Source: Scenedesmus sp. PABB004
Lineage: Eukaryota
DNA length: 33,253 bases
Direction of reading: 5' to 3'
Assembly (NCBI GenBank): GCA_014905635.1
Contig: JABVCE010000025.1
Coordinates: forward strand, 496,001-529,253
Shown here piece by piece: positions 1 to 25,000 of this stretch (within the stretch, counting starts at the first letter, position 1; each line of letters starts with the position of its first letter). The notes under the pieces were generated by a model. The model saw nothing but the letters and a program-made list of their open reading frames with translations. It did no database searches and was not told where the DNA came from. A program made the translations under genes and the position numbers.

Positions 1-854
1 TTCCACAGCTCCGGGCCCTCCGACAGGTGCAGCCCCGCCGCCGTGATCGCGGCCTCGGCGGCCTCCCGGAACGCCGCCAGCCCCGCCGGCGTCTTGCCCG
101 ACACCTCCGGGTCCACGCCCTGCAGAAACCTGGTGGCGGCGGGCGGCGGCGGGCGGCGGCGGCGGCGGCGGGCGGCGGTTGGCCGCCGCCGGCTGGCGAG
201 CGCGCGCGCCGCCCGCGCGCGAGCGGGCGCCTGCGGCGCCCCGGCGCTGCCGCCAGCGCCGCCACTGCCCTCCCCAGGCGCCCCGCTGCGCGGGCCTCAC
301 TCCAGGTAGGACTCCCAGATGGCCACCGAGACGTAGTCCTCGACCGCGGCGGCGAACAGCGCCTTGACGCGGCCGACGTCCTCCGCGCTCGCCAGGGCGT
401 CCATCTCGTCGTTGATCCAGTCCATCCACTGGCCCTCATTGAAGGGAAAGAGGTCGTGCATGCGCTGCCGCGCCTGGCGCAGCCGCTCGCGCAGGCGGGC
501 CTTGCGCAGCAGGGCGATCAGCTGCGACGCGCGCCGCGGCGCGGGCACGGTCGCGGGCGGCGGGGGCGGGGCGGGATGCGGTGCGTCGGCCTGGGATCGA
601 GCGCCCGCACCCCGCGCCGCGGCGCCAGCGCCCGCCCGCGCGGCGCCAGCGCCTGCCGAAGCGCGGCCCATCTGTCGCGGCCCGCCCACCTGCACGTGGC
701 TGTCGTAGACCGTCGGCGCCGCGGCGAGGGCCGCCTCCAGGCCCATGATCGCCTGCTCCTCGGCGGGCGTCAGCTCCACCTCCTCCTCCTCGCTGCTGGA
801 GCCGTCGCTGCTGTCGCCCATCGCAACGTCGGCAGCGGCGACCGGCTCCGCCAT
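1..854 (-). CDS. SART3: SART3/Prp24-like U4/U6 snRNP recycling factor (HAT repeats), 5' part; runs off the window start
   Basis: Exons 854-690, 521-301 and 129-<1, joined by two GT-AG introns. They give MAEPVAAADVAMGDSSDGSSSEEEEVEL...PTVYDSHVQLIALLRKARLRERLRQARQRMHDLFPFNEGQWMDWINDE...ALFAAAVEDYVSVAIWESYLEFLQ...AAGLHLSEGPELW. This matches the SART3 N-terminal pattern (acidic leader, Y..H..LI.LLR, W..W..DE, AV.DY.S..IW, GLH..EG..LW). Confidence 0.85.
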
Positions 855-1317
855 GGCGAGGCCGGGGGCTGCCGCAGGGGCGCTGCGGCGGCCGCCGCGG
901 CGCGCGCGCCGGCGTGCGCTGCGCGGGCGGCGGGCGGCGCTGTGTGCGGGCGGGGGCGCGCGGCGTGCGAGCGCGGCCAGCGGCGCCGGATGTGCTGCAG
1001 GTGCTGCTCTGGCGACGGCGGCGTGGGCGCTGCACATAGCGGCGTGCACGCGCCGCGGTGGGCTTTATCGACGTCGCCCCGCCGCTGCGCCCTGCGCCGC
1101 CGTCGTCGCGCGCGCCGCCGCCGGGGGGAGGCCGTCTGCCCGCTGCGCTGCCCGGTCACTGTGACGGCAGGAGCGCGCGTCAGGAAGCCGCGACGCGGAC
1201 GCGCGGCAGCCCGGCACACACCAGTCGATCCCCCTCGAGCAGCAGCGCGGCGCCAAGGGCGGGCAGGCCGGGCGGGGCGCGGCGGACCAGGCGGGCGGGG
1301 CGTGGCGGACCAGCCCC
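855..1317. promoter_or_regulatory. Putative bidirectional promoter and 5' UTRs between SART3 and PRP8
   Basis: Only 463 bp separate the divergent ATGs. Contains the palindrome GTCAC-T-GTGAC at 1155-1165. Promoter function is inferred from position. Confidence 0.55.
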
Positions 1318-14295
<12,978 letters not shown>

Positions 14296-14714
14296 GACCC
14301 CCGCGCGGCGGCGGCGGCGAGGGCGCAGGGGGCGCAGTGGGCGCCGAGGGCGCGCAGGGCGCGGCCGCCATGCCGCCGCCCGGGGGCGGCGCGCGCGCGC
14401 GGGCTGCAGCCGGCTGGGCTGCGCGGCGCGGCGCGCCCCCGGGCGGGCGGGCGGCGTGCGGGCGTGGCGCCGGCGGCGCGGAGCTAGGTAGCGGGCGGGG
14501 CGGGCCAGCAGCAGGCGGGGCGGCGGGGCGGGGCGGGCGCATGACCGGGCAGCACTGCGGGGCCGCGGCGGGGGCGCTGCCTCCCACCGGGCTGCGACGG
14601 GGCGGCGGCTCCGCGCTCCCGCGCGGAGCGGTTGCAGTGTACAGGGGCGGTGGGCAGCCGTGCTTGCGTGCCTGCCGCTTTCGTCGGACGCTGACGCGGG
14701 TCGCTGCCTGCGCG

Positions 14715-14732
14715 TGTAACGTTGGCGTTACA
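14715..14732. terminator. Back-to-back TGTAA polyadenylation signals for PRP8 (+, 14715-14719) and SPOUT1 (-, 14732-14728)
   Basis: TGTAACG-TTGG-CGTTACA lies between the convergent stop codons. UGUAA is the established chlorophyte poly(A) signal. Confidence 0.75.
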
Positions 14733-14780
14733 GCAGCGCCCGCACAGAGCCGCGCGCGCCCGCCTCCAGCGCGCCGCCCG

Positions 14781-15922
14781 CTACTGCGGCGCCGGCGCGG
14801 GGCCGCCGAACGCGGCCAGCGGCGCCTGCAGCGCGGCCATGGAGATGAGGATCGCCTCCTCCGCGCGGATGGTGCGGCTGCCCTGCGCGGGGCAGGTGTT
14901 GAGCCAGAGGTCAAACAGCTCCGGCGCGTCCCGGCCGCCGAGCGCGCGGTCCGCCGCGGCGGCGGCCTCGAGGCCCTCCGGCCCGCCAAACGCGACGAGC
15001 GCGTGGCGGAAGCGCGGCAGCGCGAGGTGCCCCGGCGGCACCGCCTGGCCGCGCTCGCTCGTGCCGAGCTTGAGGTCGTAGCCGCCCGGGAAGGGGCCCT
15101 CGTGCAGCAGCCCCGACAGGCCGCGCGCGAGGCGCACGGTGTAGCCCCAGTACAGCCCCGCCTCCTCGCGCGGCGCGCTCGGCGGCGCGACGCTCCCCCG
15201 GATCATGTGCTCGCTGTACTCGGGCGCAAACACCGCGTCCGGCGCCGGCCCCACCGCCAGCGTCACGCGCGCGCCGACGCGCAGCGGGGCGGGCACGGCG
15301 GCCATGCGGTCGAGCCCGATGTCGACGACGCTGCCGGCGCCGGGCGACGACCGCATGACCAGGCCCTCCCGCCACGGCGCCCACTCGCTCGCGCGCATGT
15401 GGTGCGGCGCGTCGAGCGGCGGCAGCGCGCCCGCGAGGCGCAGGTCGGGGTGCATCGGGATGAGCGCCTTGCGCAGGTACTGCGGGGTCTCCAGGTACTG
15501 CGCCACGCGCGCGAGGAACGCGGCGCCCGCGCCCACGCTGCCCGGCTCGCCCCCCGGCGCGTCGTCGACGACGACGAGCTCGTCCACGCAGAAGATCGCG
15601 GCCGTGCGGGCGACCTGCAGCGCCGCGCCGCGCGCGCGCGTGTCGGGGCAGCGCGGCGCGCCAGGCCAGCGCCCGCAGCGGGCGGGGCGGCTGGCCAGCG
15701 CGCTGGCCGGCGCCGGCGTGCGGCGGCGCGTGCCTGGCCGGCGACAAAGGTCGCAAACTCGATGTTCTGGGTGTTGTCGATCATCGACGCGCAGACCGCC
15801 ATGCTCAGCGTGTAGGGCCGCCCGCTGGTCGACGTTTTGTCGGCGTCGCCGCCCGCTGCTGCCGCGCCGCGCTCCCCGGCGGCGCCGTCGGCAGGCGCGG
15901 GGCGGGCCTTCTTCTTGCCCAT
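14781..15922 (-). CDS. SPOUT1: SPOUT-family RNA methyltransferase (SPOUT1/C9orf114/CENP-32-like), 2 exons, about 340 aa
   Basis: Exons 15922-15734 and 15614-14781, with a GC-AG intron at 15733-15615. Motifs: RPYTLSMAVCASMIDNTQ, AGQVARTAAIFCVDELVV, QYLETPQYLRKAL.P.HPDLR.AG.LPPLDAPHH, GLYWGY.VR, YDLKLGTSERG, LVAFGGPEGLE, NTCPAQGSRTIRAEEAILI. Confidence 0.92.
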
Positions 15923-16732
15923 CCCTGCCCCCTGCGAGGACCTGCTCAGGGGCGCTGGCGGCGGCGGCTGCGCGTCGGCGGCAGGGGGCGGCTGGCAGCG
16001 CGGCGGGCAGAGTCTGGGGACGTTGCTGTGCTGCGCGCGGTGTGCGCGGGTGCAGAAGGCCGAGCTCGTCACAATGCTTGTCACGCGCGCGTCTGCTCCG
16101 GCGCCGTTGCGAGGGCGCACGGCCAGCCGCGACGTCCTGCGCTCACCACCACCCGCCCGCTGTCCCCGGCCGGCCGCACGCCCGGACGGCTGCTCCAGCG
16201 CGCGCGCCAAGGCGCCTCCCCCGTGCGCGCCCGCCACCGTCGCCTTCGCCCTGCAAGCGCGCAGCCGGCCCGCTCACGACGACCGCCTAGTCTCACTGAC
16301 GCTCCAGCCGCCAGGTGGGCAGCCGCTCGGCCGGGGCGCGGCGCAGCAGTGGGTTGCGTGGGGCGCCGCCCGCCGGCGCGCGCTCGCGGCGCTCCGCGGC
16401 GCGCCGCCGCGCGGGACATGCGCTGCGAGCGACGACACACGCGCCAGTCGAGTGCCGCGAGCAGCCGCGCAGCGCGGCGCAGCCCAGCCTGGCCGGGCGC
16501 CGGCCGGGCTCCTGGCGCCGCGGGCGCCGGCCCCGGGCGCCGCCCCACGCGCCGCACCCTGGCGCACGCGCGCCACCTGACGCGCTGCCGCCCGCGCCGC
16601 CGCCCGCCGCCCGCCGCCCGCCTCCGCCCGCCGGCGCAGGCGGCGCTCGCGCCAGCAACCGCTGCGCGCCCGCCGACGCACGCGCGCGAGCCCTCGCCCG
16701 CGCAGCGCCCCCCGGCAGGGCGAGGCGTGAGC
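15923..16732. promoter_or_regulatory. Divergent intergenic region SPOUT1/eEF3, with a probable eEF3 5'-UTR intron at 16315-16639
   Basis: CAG|GTGGGC donor at 16315, CCTGAC branch at 16576-16581, GCGCAG acceptor ending at 16639. Two GTCAC motifs at 16068 and 16080. Confidence 0.5.
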
Positions 16733-19698
16733 ATGAAGGTCATCCGCAAACAGACGGAGCCGGGCGGCGCCGCGGCGCCCGCGCCGGCGCCGGCGCCGCG
16801 CGCGGGCGGCATCAAGGTTGTCAGCCGCGCGCCGCCGCCGCCGGTGGTGAGCGAGGAGGAGATTGAGAGCCGCAAGGTCGCCAAGCTGCTGGAGCGGCTT
16901 ACGCTCGGCGAGCACGACGCGCACTGCGACGGGCACACCGACATCGCGGGCGTCGTCGCGGCGGCGGGCTTTGCGCCGCTGCAGGCCAACGGCCTGCTGA
17001 CCAAGCTCAAGGCCGAGGTCGAGGACATGGGCAGCCCCGAGGCGCGCGAGGCGGGGCTGATCGCGTTCAAGCAGCTCTGCAACGCCGTGGGGCGGCCTGC
17101 GGAGCCGTACGTCGTCCCCCTGCTGCCCATGATGCTCGAGCGCCTCGCCGACAAGGCAGCGCCCGTGCGCACCGTGGCCCAGGCCGCGGCCGAGGCGCTC
17201 GTCGACATCCTCTGCCCCCACGCGGTGGAGCTGGTGCTCCCAGGTGCGGCGGCGGCGGCGGCGACAGCGGTGCCGGGGCGGCGCTGGGGGCGGCGGTGGG
17301 GCGGCGCAGCCCAGCAGCAGGAGCACGCGCTGCTCGCCGACGCGGGCCCGGCCGCCGCCCCCGCCGCCGCCCCCGCCGCCGCCCCCGTCCCGCCCGCGCG
17401 CCAGTCATCTTTGAGGCCATGGACGACGCCAAGAAGTGGCAGATCAAGGAGGGCGCGCTGCGCCTGCTCGCGGCGCTCGCGCGCAGCGCGCCCAGCCAGG
17501 TCGCCGCCTGCCTGCCGGCCATCGTACCGCTCATCAGCGAGCGCATGGTGGACCCGCGCGAGCAGGTGCGCCCGCCCGCCTGCGCGCGCGCGGCCAGGCG
17601 CCGCCGCCGCTGCCGCCGCCGCGGGGAGGGAATGGAGGGGCGGCCCGCGGCGCCGCGCGGGCGGGCGCTGCCGGCGGGGCGCCGACGCCGGCGCGTGCGC
17701 GCGCGCCCGCGCGGCGCAGGTCAAGGCCGCGGCGGCGTACGCGGGCGGGGCGACGTTCAAGCTGGTGGGCAACCGTGACATTGAGCACATCCTGGACGAC
17801 CTGCTGCACTGCGTCGCGCGCCCCACGGAGGTGCCCGACGTCGTGACCAAGCTCAGCGCAACCACGTTTGTGCAGGTGCGCCGCCCGCGCCGCCCAGCTC
17901 TGCGGGGCAGCGGAGCAGCCGCCGCCCGCGCGCCCGCGCGCGCGCGCCCGTGCGCCCTCCTTCAACCCACCGCCACGCGCCGCCCCGCCCCGCCGCGGCA
18001 GGCCGTGGAGGCGCCGGCGCTGGCGGTGATGGTGCCGCTGCTGGTCAAGGGCCTGCGCGAGTCGACGGCCATTCAGCGCAAGAGCTGCGTCATCATCACC
18101 AACATGAGCAAGCTCGTCAACAGCCCCGTCGACGCGATCGAGTTCCTGCCCAAGTGAGACCACAGCACGGCGCAACACGCGCAGCACGTGCAGCGCGCCC
18201 GCCCGCCCGCGCCTCGCCCGCACGCCGCTGCACGCCGCCGCTCACGTCGCTCGCCGCGCCGCACGCAGGCTGCTGCCGGGCGTGGAGAAGGTGGCGCGCG
18301 TCGCGGCCGACCCCGAGCTGCGTGATGTGGCCACGAGCGCGATGGCCATCCTGGAGAAGGTGGCCGCCGAGGGCGCCGAGGCGGCCGCGCAGCCCGAGGC
18401 GTTCAAGGCCAACCCCGCGGTGAGGGCGCGCGCTGCCGGGCGGCGGCAGCAACGGCGGCGGGGCCGGCGGCGGCGGCAGCAGGCGCCGGCGGCAGCGGCA
18501 GCAGGCGCCGCGCCGGGCGCGCGCCCACCCCGCCGCGCGCCCGCGCCCGCGCGGTCGCAGGCGTCGCTGGCGATGCTGCGCGACATCATCGCGCGCAGCC
18601 TGGACATCAAGGTCGACCAGACGACGCTGGAGTATGTGGCGGCCATGACCACGCTGCTGCTCAACAGCCGCAACCTCGAGTTTGACGAGTGGGCCGACGC
18701 GATGGTCCCCTACCTCTCTGCCTTCCTCAGCCAGGAGGGCGCGGAGGGCGTGTGCCGCGCCTACATGGCCAAGTGAGCCCCGCGCGCGGCGGGCGTCGCG
18801 CGCGCGGCGGGCGGGCGGGCGCGGCGGGCGTCGCGCGCGCGGCGGGCGCGCGGGCGCGGCGGCGGCAGCGCCCGCGCGGCCACCTGACGCGCCGCGACGC
18901 CGCCGCGTCGCCGCAGGGCGATGAGCCAGCTGAGCGAGGCGGCGGAGGAGGACCAGGGCTGGGAGTCTGACGAGGAGGACGCCGACAAGGACGAGCTGTG
19001 CAACTGCCGGTTCAGCCTGGCGTACGGCGGCAAGATCCTGCTCAACAACGCGACGCTGCGCCTCATCCGCGGCCGGCGCTACGGCCTGTGCGGCGGCAAC
19101 GGCGTGGGCAAGTCCACGCTCATGAAGGCCATCGCGCGCGGCCAGCTCGACGGCTTCCCGCCCGCCGACCAGCTCAAGACGGTCTACGTCGAGCACGACA
19201 TCCAGGTCGGGGCAGCCAGCGCCGCACGCGCGCGGGGCGGCGCAGCAGCAGCGCGCACAGCGCGCACAGCGCAAGCCGCCCCGGCGGCCGCTGACGCCGC
19301 CCTCCCTGTCCCGCCTCGCCCCGCGCCCGCGCCGCGCCAGGCGTCGCTGGCCGACTACCGGGTGCCCGACTACGTCGCCGAGGACCCGCTGATCAAGGGC
19401 ATGGGCGTCACGCGCGACGACGTCGTCGCCGCGCTTACCAGCGTCGGCTTCACAGACGACCTGCTCGTGAGCGCGCGACAGCGCGGCGCCGGGCGGCAGC
19501 CGCGCAGCGCCGGGCAGCAGCCGCGGCGGCGCGGCGCCGGCGGGAGCGGCGGCAGCCGGCGCCGCTGCGCCCTGCCTGCGCCTGACCGCCACCACCCCGC
19601 CGCCGCGCGCCGGGCAGGCCAAGCTGATCACCGAGATCAGCGGCGGGTGGAAGATGAAGCTCGCGCTCGCGCGCGCGATGCTGCTGCGCGCCGACATC

Positions 19699-19731
<33 letters not shown>

Positions 19732-21443
19732 ACCACCAACGTCGCGTGGCTGGAGAACTACCTCGTCACGCACGGCGACATCACCTGCATGACCGTCTCA
19801 CACGACAGGTGCGCCAGCGCCGCCACCAGCCGCGCCCGCGCCCGTCCGCCTGCTGCGGCGGCCGCCCCGGCCGCGGCCGGCCCGCGTCGCCCGCGCTGCC
19901 CCTGCCCACCCGCGCGCCGCGCCTGCCCTCCCGCCCGCGCGCCGTGCTGCCCGGTCTGCCAGCGGCTTCCTGGACAACGTGTGCACTGACATCATCCACT
20001 ATGAGAAGCGCCAGCTGCGCCGCTACAAGGGCAACCTCAGCGAGTTTGTCAAGGCCGTCCCCGCGGCCAAGAGCTACTACGAGCTCGAGGCCGCGACGCT
20101 CAAGTTCAGGTTCCCCACGCCCGGCCTGCTCGACGGCATCACCAGCAAGGAGAAGCCCATCGCCAAGCTCACCAACGTCACCTTCACCTACCCCGGCGCG
20201 GCGACGCCGCAGCTCACCGACGTCAACATCGCAGCCCGCCTCAGCAGCCGCGTCGCGGTCATCGGCGCCAACGGCGCCGGCAAGTCGGTGCGCAGCGCAG
20301 CGCAGCGCACGCACCGCGCCGCCGCCGCGTCTGCGCCCGCGCGCCCGCGCCGACCTTCTGCCCTTGACCGCCCGCCTGCCCCCCCAGACGCTGATCAAGA
20401 TCATCACCGGCGAGCACAAGTCGAGCAGCGGCACGGTGTGGCGGCACCCCAACCTGCGCATGGCGTACGTCGCGCAGCACGCGTTCCACCACTTGGAGGA
20501 GCACCTCGACACGACGCCGCTCAAGTACATGTTCAAGCGCTTCGGCCTCGGCCAGGACCAGGAGGACGCACACAAGGCGCGCGCCCGCACCAGCTCGACC
20601 GGCCGGCACGCGCCCAACCGCGCGCGCCGCGCTCCCGCGCCCCGCTGCGCGGCGCTCACACGCCCCGCCGCGCCGCACCGCCGCGCCGCGCAGGTCGACC
20701 GCCAGGCTGAGGAGGATGAGAAGAAGAAGATGGCCGAGGCGACCTGGGTCTTTGACGGCCACCCGCGCAAGTTCAGGGAGATTGTGAGCAGGCGCAAGAA
20801 GAAGAAGGGTGAGCCCCCCGCGCCCACGCCTCGCCGCGCCGGCGCCCACCCGGCGGCCCGCCTGCGTCTGCGCGCGCGCGCGCGCCACAGCCGCCCGCGC
20901 CCACCTCCCACCCACGCCCGCCCCTGCGCCCCGCCTGCGTCAGACTTTGAGTACGAGGTCGCGTGGCAGGGCCTCGCGTCGCTCAAGTTCAACCGCTGGC
21001 TGCCGCGCGCGGAGCTGGTGGAGAAGGGCTTCCGCAAGTTTGTGACCGAGTTTGACCAGCGCCTCGCGGCCGCGGCGCTCGGCAACGACGCGCGGCCGCT
21101 GAGCAAGGAGGGCATCACCAAGTTCCTCTCCGACTTTGGCCTGGAGCCCGAGTTTGGCGTGCACTCCAACATCCGCGGCCTCAGCGGCGGGCAGAAGGTC
21201 AAGCTCGTGCTCGCGGCGGCGATGTGGAACAACCCCCACCTCCTCATCATGGACGAGCCCACCAACTACCTCGACCGCGAGGCCCTCGGCGCGCTCGCCG
21301 CGGCGTGCCGCAGCTTTGACGGCGGCGTGCTGCTCATCAGCCACAACAGCGAGTTCACGAGCACCGTGTGCAGCGAGACCTGGCGCGTCGCGGGCGGCGT
21401 CGTCGAGGTCAGCCGCGAGGCGCCGCCGGGGCCCGCTGCGTGA
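16733..21443 (+). CDS. Translation elongation factor 3 (eEF3/New1-like ABCF ATPase), 13 exons, about 1025 aa
   Basis: Exons: 16733-17243, 17405-17565, 17720-17875, 18002-18153, 18269-18419, 18561-18772, 18917-19205, 19341-19466, 19618-19808, 19963-20287, 20388-20576, 20694-20808, 20944-21443. Sum 3078 nt, in frame. HEAT region ([47 protein letters not shown]). ABC1: [47 protein letters not shown]2: [19 protein letters not shown], chromo-like insert [34 protein letters not shown]. Confidence 0.93.
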
Positions 21444-21445
21444 GC

Positions 21446-21477
<32 letters not shown>

Positions 21478-22064
21478 GAGCGGGCGGGCGGGCGGGCGGG
21501 CGGGCTAGGCGCAGGCGGGGCGGCAGGGGGGCGGCGCGCGGCGCGCGGCCCAATAACCTGACGTGCAGCGCTGGCAGCATTTGGTCGGCGGCGGCGCCTG
21601 TTGCGAGGCAGGCGCGCGCCCCCCGTCTAGGCGGCGTGCGTGTGCGTGGCACAGCTGTGCGCGCGCACCTCGCGCCGCGGCCCCGCTCATTGGCGGGGCG
21701 CGCGGCTGGCGCAGCCGCCGCCGCGAGGGCTGGCGGGCGGCGAGAGCGAGCGAGCGAGGCGGGCGGTGTGTGCGCGCGTGCCGGCATGCGCAATAATGCG
21801 GCTGGCAGGTGCAACTGGAATTCCTTCCTCCTCCCGCCCGGCAGGTTCTGGCACGCGGCGGCGCAGCGCGTCCGGGCGACGGCGCCGTCGGACGAGCTCG
21901 AGAGGCGATCAGAGCCCCGGCAGACGCCGCCTCGCGCCTCGACCTCTGCGCGCGCCGTCCCCTGGCCCCGTGGCCCGGCCCGCCGCAGCGGCGCGAGCAG
22001 CAGCTGAGCCGCAGCAGCGTGGCGCCCGCGGCAGCCCCTGGCACCGCTGGTCGGGCCCTGGACT

Positions 22065-25000
22065 ATGGACTGGCAGTGCAGCTGCTCGTTCCTTAACGAC
22101 GCCGGGAGCACCGCGTGCGAGTGCTGCGGCGGCGCGGCGCCGGCGCCCGGCCCTCGCAAGCGGCCGCGCCGCGAGCCAGAGCCGCCCGGCGACATGGTGT
22201 GCCTGGACTGCGACAGCGATGACTCGTGCGACCCTCTCGACAGCGGCGCGGCAGCCGCTGCCGCGGCCGCGGGCGGAGCGGCGCGGCAGCACCCGGAGCA
22301 GGCGCAGCAGCAGCAGGACCAGGGCTGCCAGTTTTCGCCGCGCCAGTTCGACCCTGATGCCGGCAGCGCGCTGTTCGTGCTGGACTGCGACTGCCGCGGC
22401 GCCGCGGGCGAGCTCGCGGGGCGCCTGGCGGCGTCGCTGCGCGACCGCGTGCTGCCGCCCGGCGTCGCCCTCGCCGACGCGGCGCGCGCGCTCGCGTGCG
22501 ACGCGTGCGGCCGCCCCGCCAGCGCCGGGGACGCGCGGCAGCTGCTCGGCGGGCGCGCGATGGCGGCGACGTACGCAGCGCTCGCGGCCAAGGTGGCGGC
22601 CGAGGCGCAGCGCTGCAGCCCGCCCGGCGCGCCGCCGGCCTGCCCCGACTGCGCGCCGGGCGCGCCCGTGCTCGCGGCGGGCATGCTGGCGGCAGGCGCG
22701 CAGCGCGGCGGCGGCGTGAGCAAGGCGCTCCTCGGCGCGGCGCTGAGCGCGCGCGGCGTGGCGCCGCCGAGGCTGCTCTTTGACTGCGCGTCGCGGCTGG
22801 CGGGGCTGCTGCCGGCCGGCTGCGAATGGTTCTGCTCCGCCTGCCCCGGCGCGTGGCCGTGCAGCAGCGGCGCGCCGGCGGCCGCCGCCGCCGACGGCAG
22901 CCGCGCGGGGCGCGAGGCGGCGGCGGCCATCCGTGGCGCACTCGAGCTCTGGCGCGCGCTGGCGGAGCTGCAGGACCTGGTGCTGGGCCACGCCGCCGGC
23001 GCCGTCGCGGCCGGCAGGGGCACCGGCCGGGGCAGGGGCGGCGGCAAGGCAGCTGGCAAGGGCGGCGGCAGGAGGGGCGGCGGCGGCGGCGGCGGCGGCA
23101 GCGCAGCCTGGGCCGCCGGCACGGGTGCGGCGGCTGCGGCCGCGGACGCGCGCAGCAGCACTTCAGGCGGCGGGCGCTGAAGGCCGCACCCCCCCCCCCC
23201 GTGGACGACTCACGCCCCGCGCGGCGGCGCCTGGCACCCGCAGGCTATGGCGGCGCCGCCGGAGGGCTGACCAAGGCGGCGCAGGAGGCCATGACCGCGG
23301 CCGCGGAGCGCCAGCGGCAGGCCGACGCGGCGATGCTGGAGCAGCTGACTGCCATCACCGCCCTGGCGCGCGGCGGCTGCAGGAACGGCGGCGAGCAGGG
23401 CGACGGCGGCGCGGCGGCAGGCGGCGACGCGTTGGCGCAGCAGCGCCCCGTCGGCCTGCTGTCGTGCGCGGTGCTGCTGGGCGGCCCGCTCGCGTGGCTG
23501 CTGCGGCTGCTCTTCTCCAACGACTCCCTGCTCGACCTCGGCGCGCGCACGGGCCTGTACCGGGGCGCGATCGGCCTGCTGCGGTGCGCCGGGCCCGGGG
23601 GCCTCCTGGGGGTGCGGTGGGTGGCGCTTTTTGGGGGGGGGGAGGGGGCGTCGCCGCGCGCGCCGCCGGTCTCTGCCGCCAGCCCCCACGTGCGTGCACG
23701 CGCACGCAGGCTGGTGGGCGCGAGCACCGACCTGCTGCCCCTGCTGGAGCTGCCGGCGGACGACCCGCGCGACGCCTCGACGCCCGCGCCGGCCGGCGCG
23801 CCGGCGCCCGCCAGCACGCTGCTGGGCGCGCTGCGGCGGCTGGAGGCGCAGGCGCAGCTGTTTCGGCGCTCCGCCGCGGAGCTCGTGACAGACGGCGACG
23901 GCGGCGACGGCGGCGACGGCGGCGACGACGGCATGGCCGCGCTGGGGCTTGCGCTGGACCTGAGCAGCCTCGTCGCCGACCTGGGCGAGGCGCACGCGCT
24001 GCACGCGGCGACGCTGGCCCCGGGCGAGGGGCCCTTGCCGCTCCGCCCGGCGTCGGCGCTGCCGCCCGCCGCGCCGCGGCAGCCGGGCGGTGGCTCCGCA
24101 GCGGCGGCTGCAGCGCCGCAGCCTCAGGCGGCGCCCAGCCCGGCCGCCTCGTTTGCTGCGGCCTACGTGGCAGCCATGGCAGGCGAGCAGTTCAGGGAGG
24201 TGCCCGGCCTGCTGGCGGGGCACCACTTCCGTGCGATCGCTGACAAGCACCAGGCGGCGGGCGGTGAGCGCAGCGCGCAGCACGCAGGGCGCAGCGCGCA
24301 GGGCGCGGGCGCAGCGCGCGAGCGGGACAAGCGCGCACGCTCCCTGCCCTGGCTGCGACCCTCCCAGCACGCCCGCGCGCCCACGCGCGCAGGCGAGGTG
24401 ATGCGGCGCCGGCTGCGGCGCATCACCGAGGAGCTCGGCGCAATGAGCAGCAGCCTGCCCCTCAGCGCAGACAGCTCCATCCTGGTCGCGGTGGACGCGG
24501 AGCGCGTGGACGTGCTGCGCGCGCTGCTGCTGCCGCACCGGTGCGCAGCCGGTGGGCAGCGTCGCAGCGCCGTCGGCCCGCGTCGGCTCGCGCCCGCCTA
24601 CCGAGTGCATCGCCCCCTCCCCCCCCCCCCCCCCCGCTGCCTGCTCCCTGTGCCCGCAGGGACACGCCGTACGGCGGCGGCGCGTTTGTGTTTGACATAC
24701 TGCTGCCGCCCGAGTACCCCGACAAGCCGCCGATGGTGCGGCGGGGCGCTGCGCGCGGCACGGCGCGCGGCACGGCGTGCGGCACGGCGCGCGGCACGGC
24801 GCGCGGCACGCGGCGCACAGCGCGCAGCGCGGCACGGCGCACTGCGCGCGGCGCCCGCTGAGCCCTGTGCGCCGCGCGGTGGCCCAGGTGCAGTTTCTGA
24901 CCACGGGCGGCGGGTCGGTGCGGTTCAACCCCAACCTGTACAACACCGGCAAGGTCTGCCTCAGCCTGCTGGGCACGTGGAGCGGGCCCGGGTGGGAGCC

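Noticed and set aside
23167..23243. Alternative GC donor (TCAG|GCGGCG) for UBC intron 1
   Set aside because: The GT donor at 23125 restores the WAAGTGYG motif typical of BIRC6-like proteins, so this was not counted as GC-AG.
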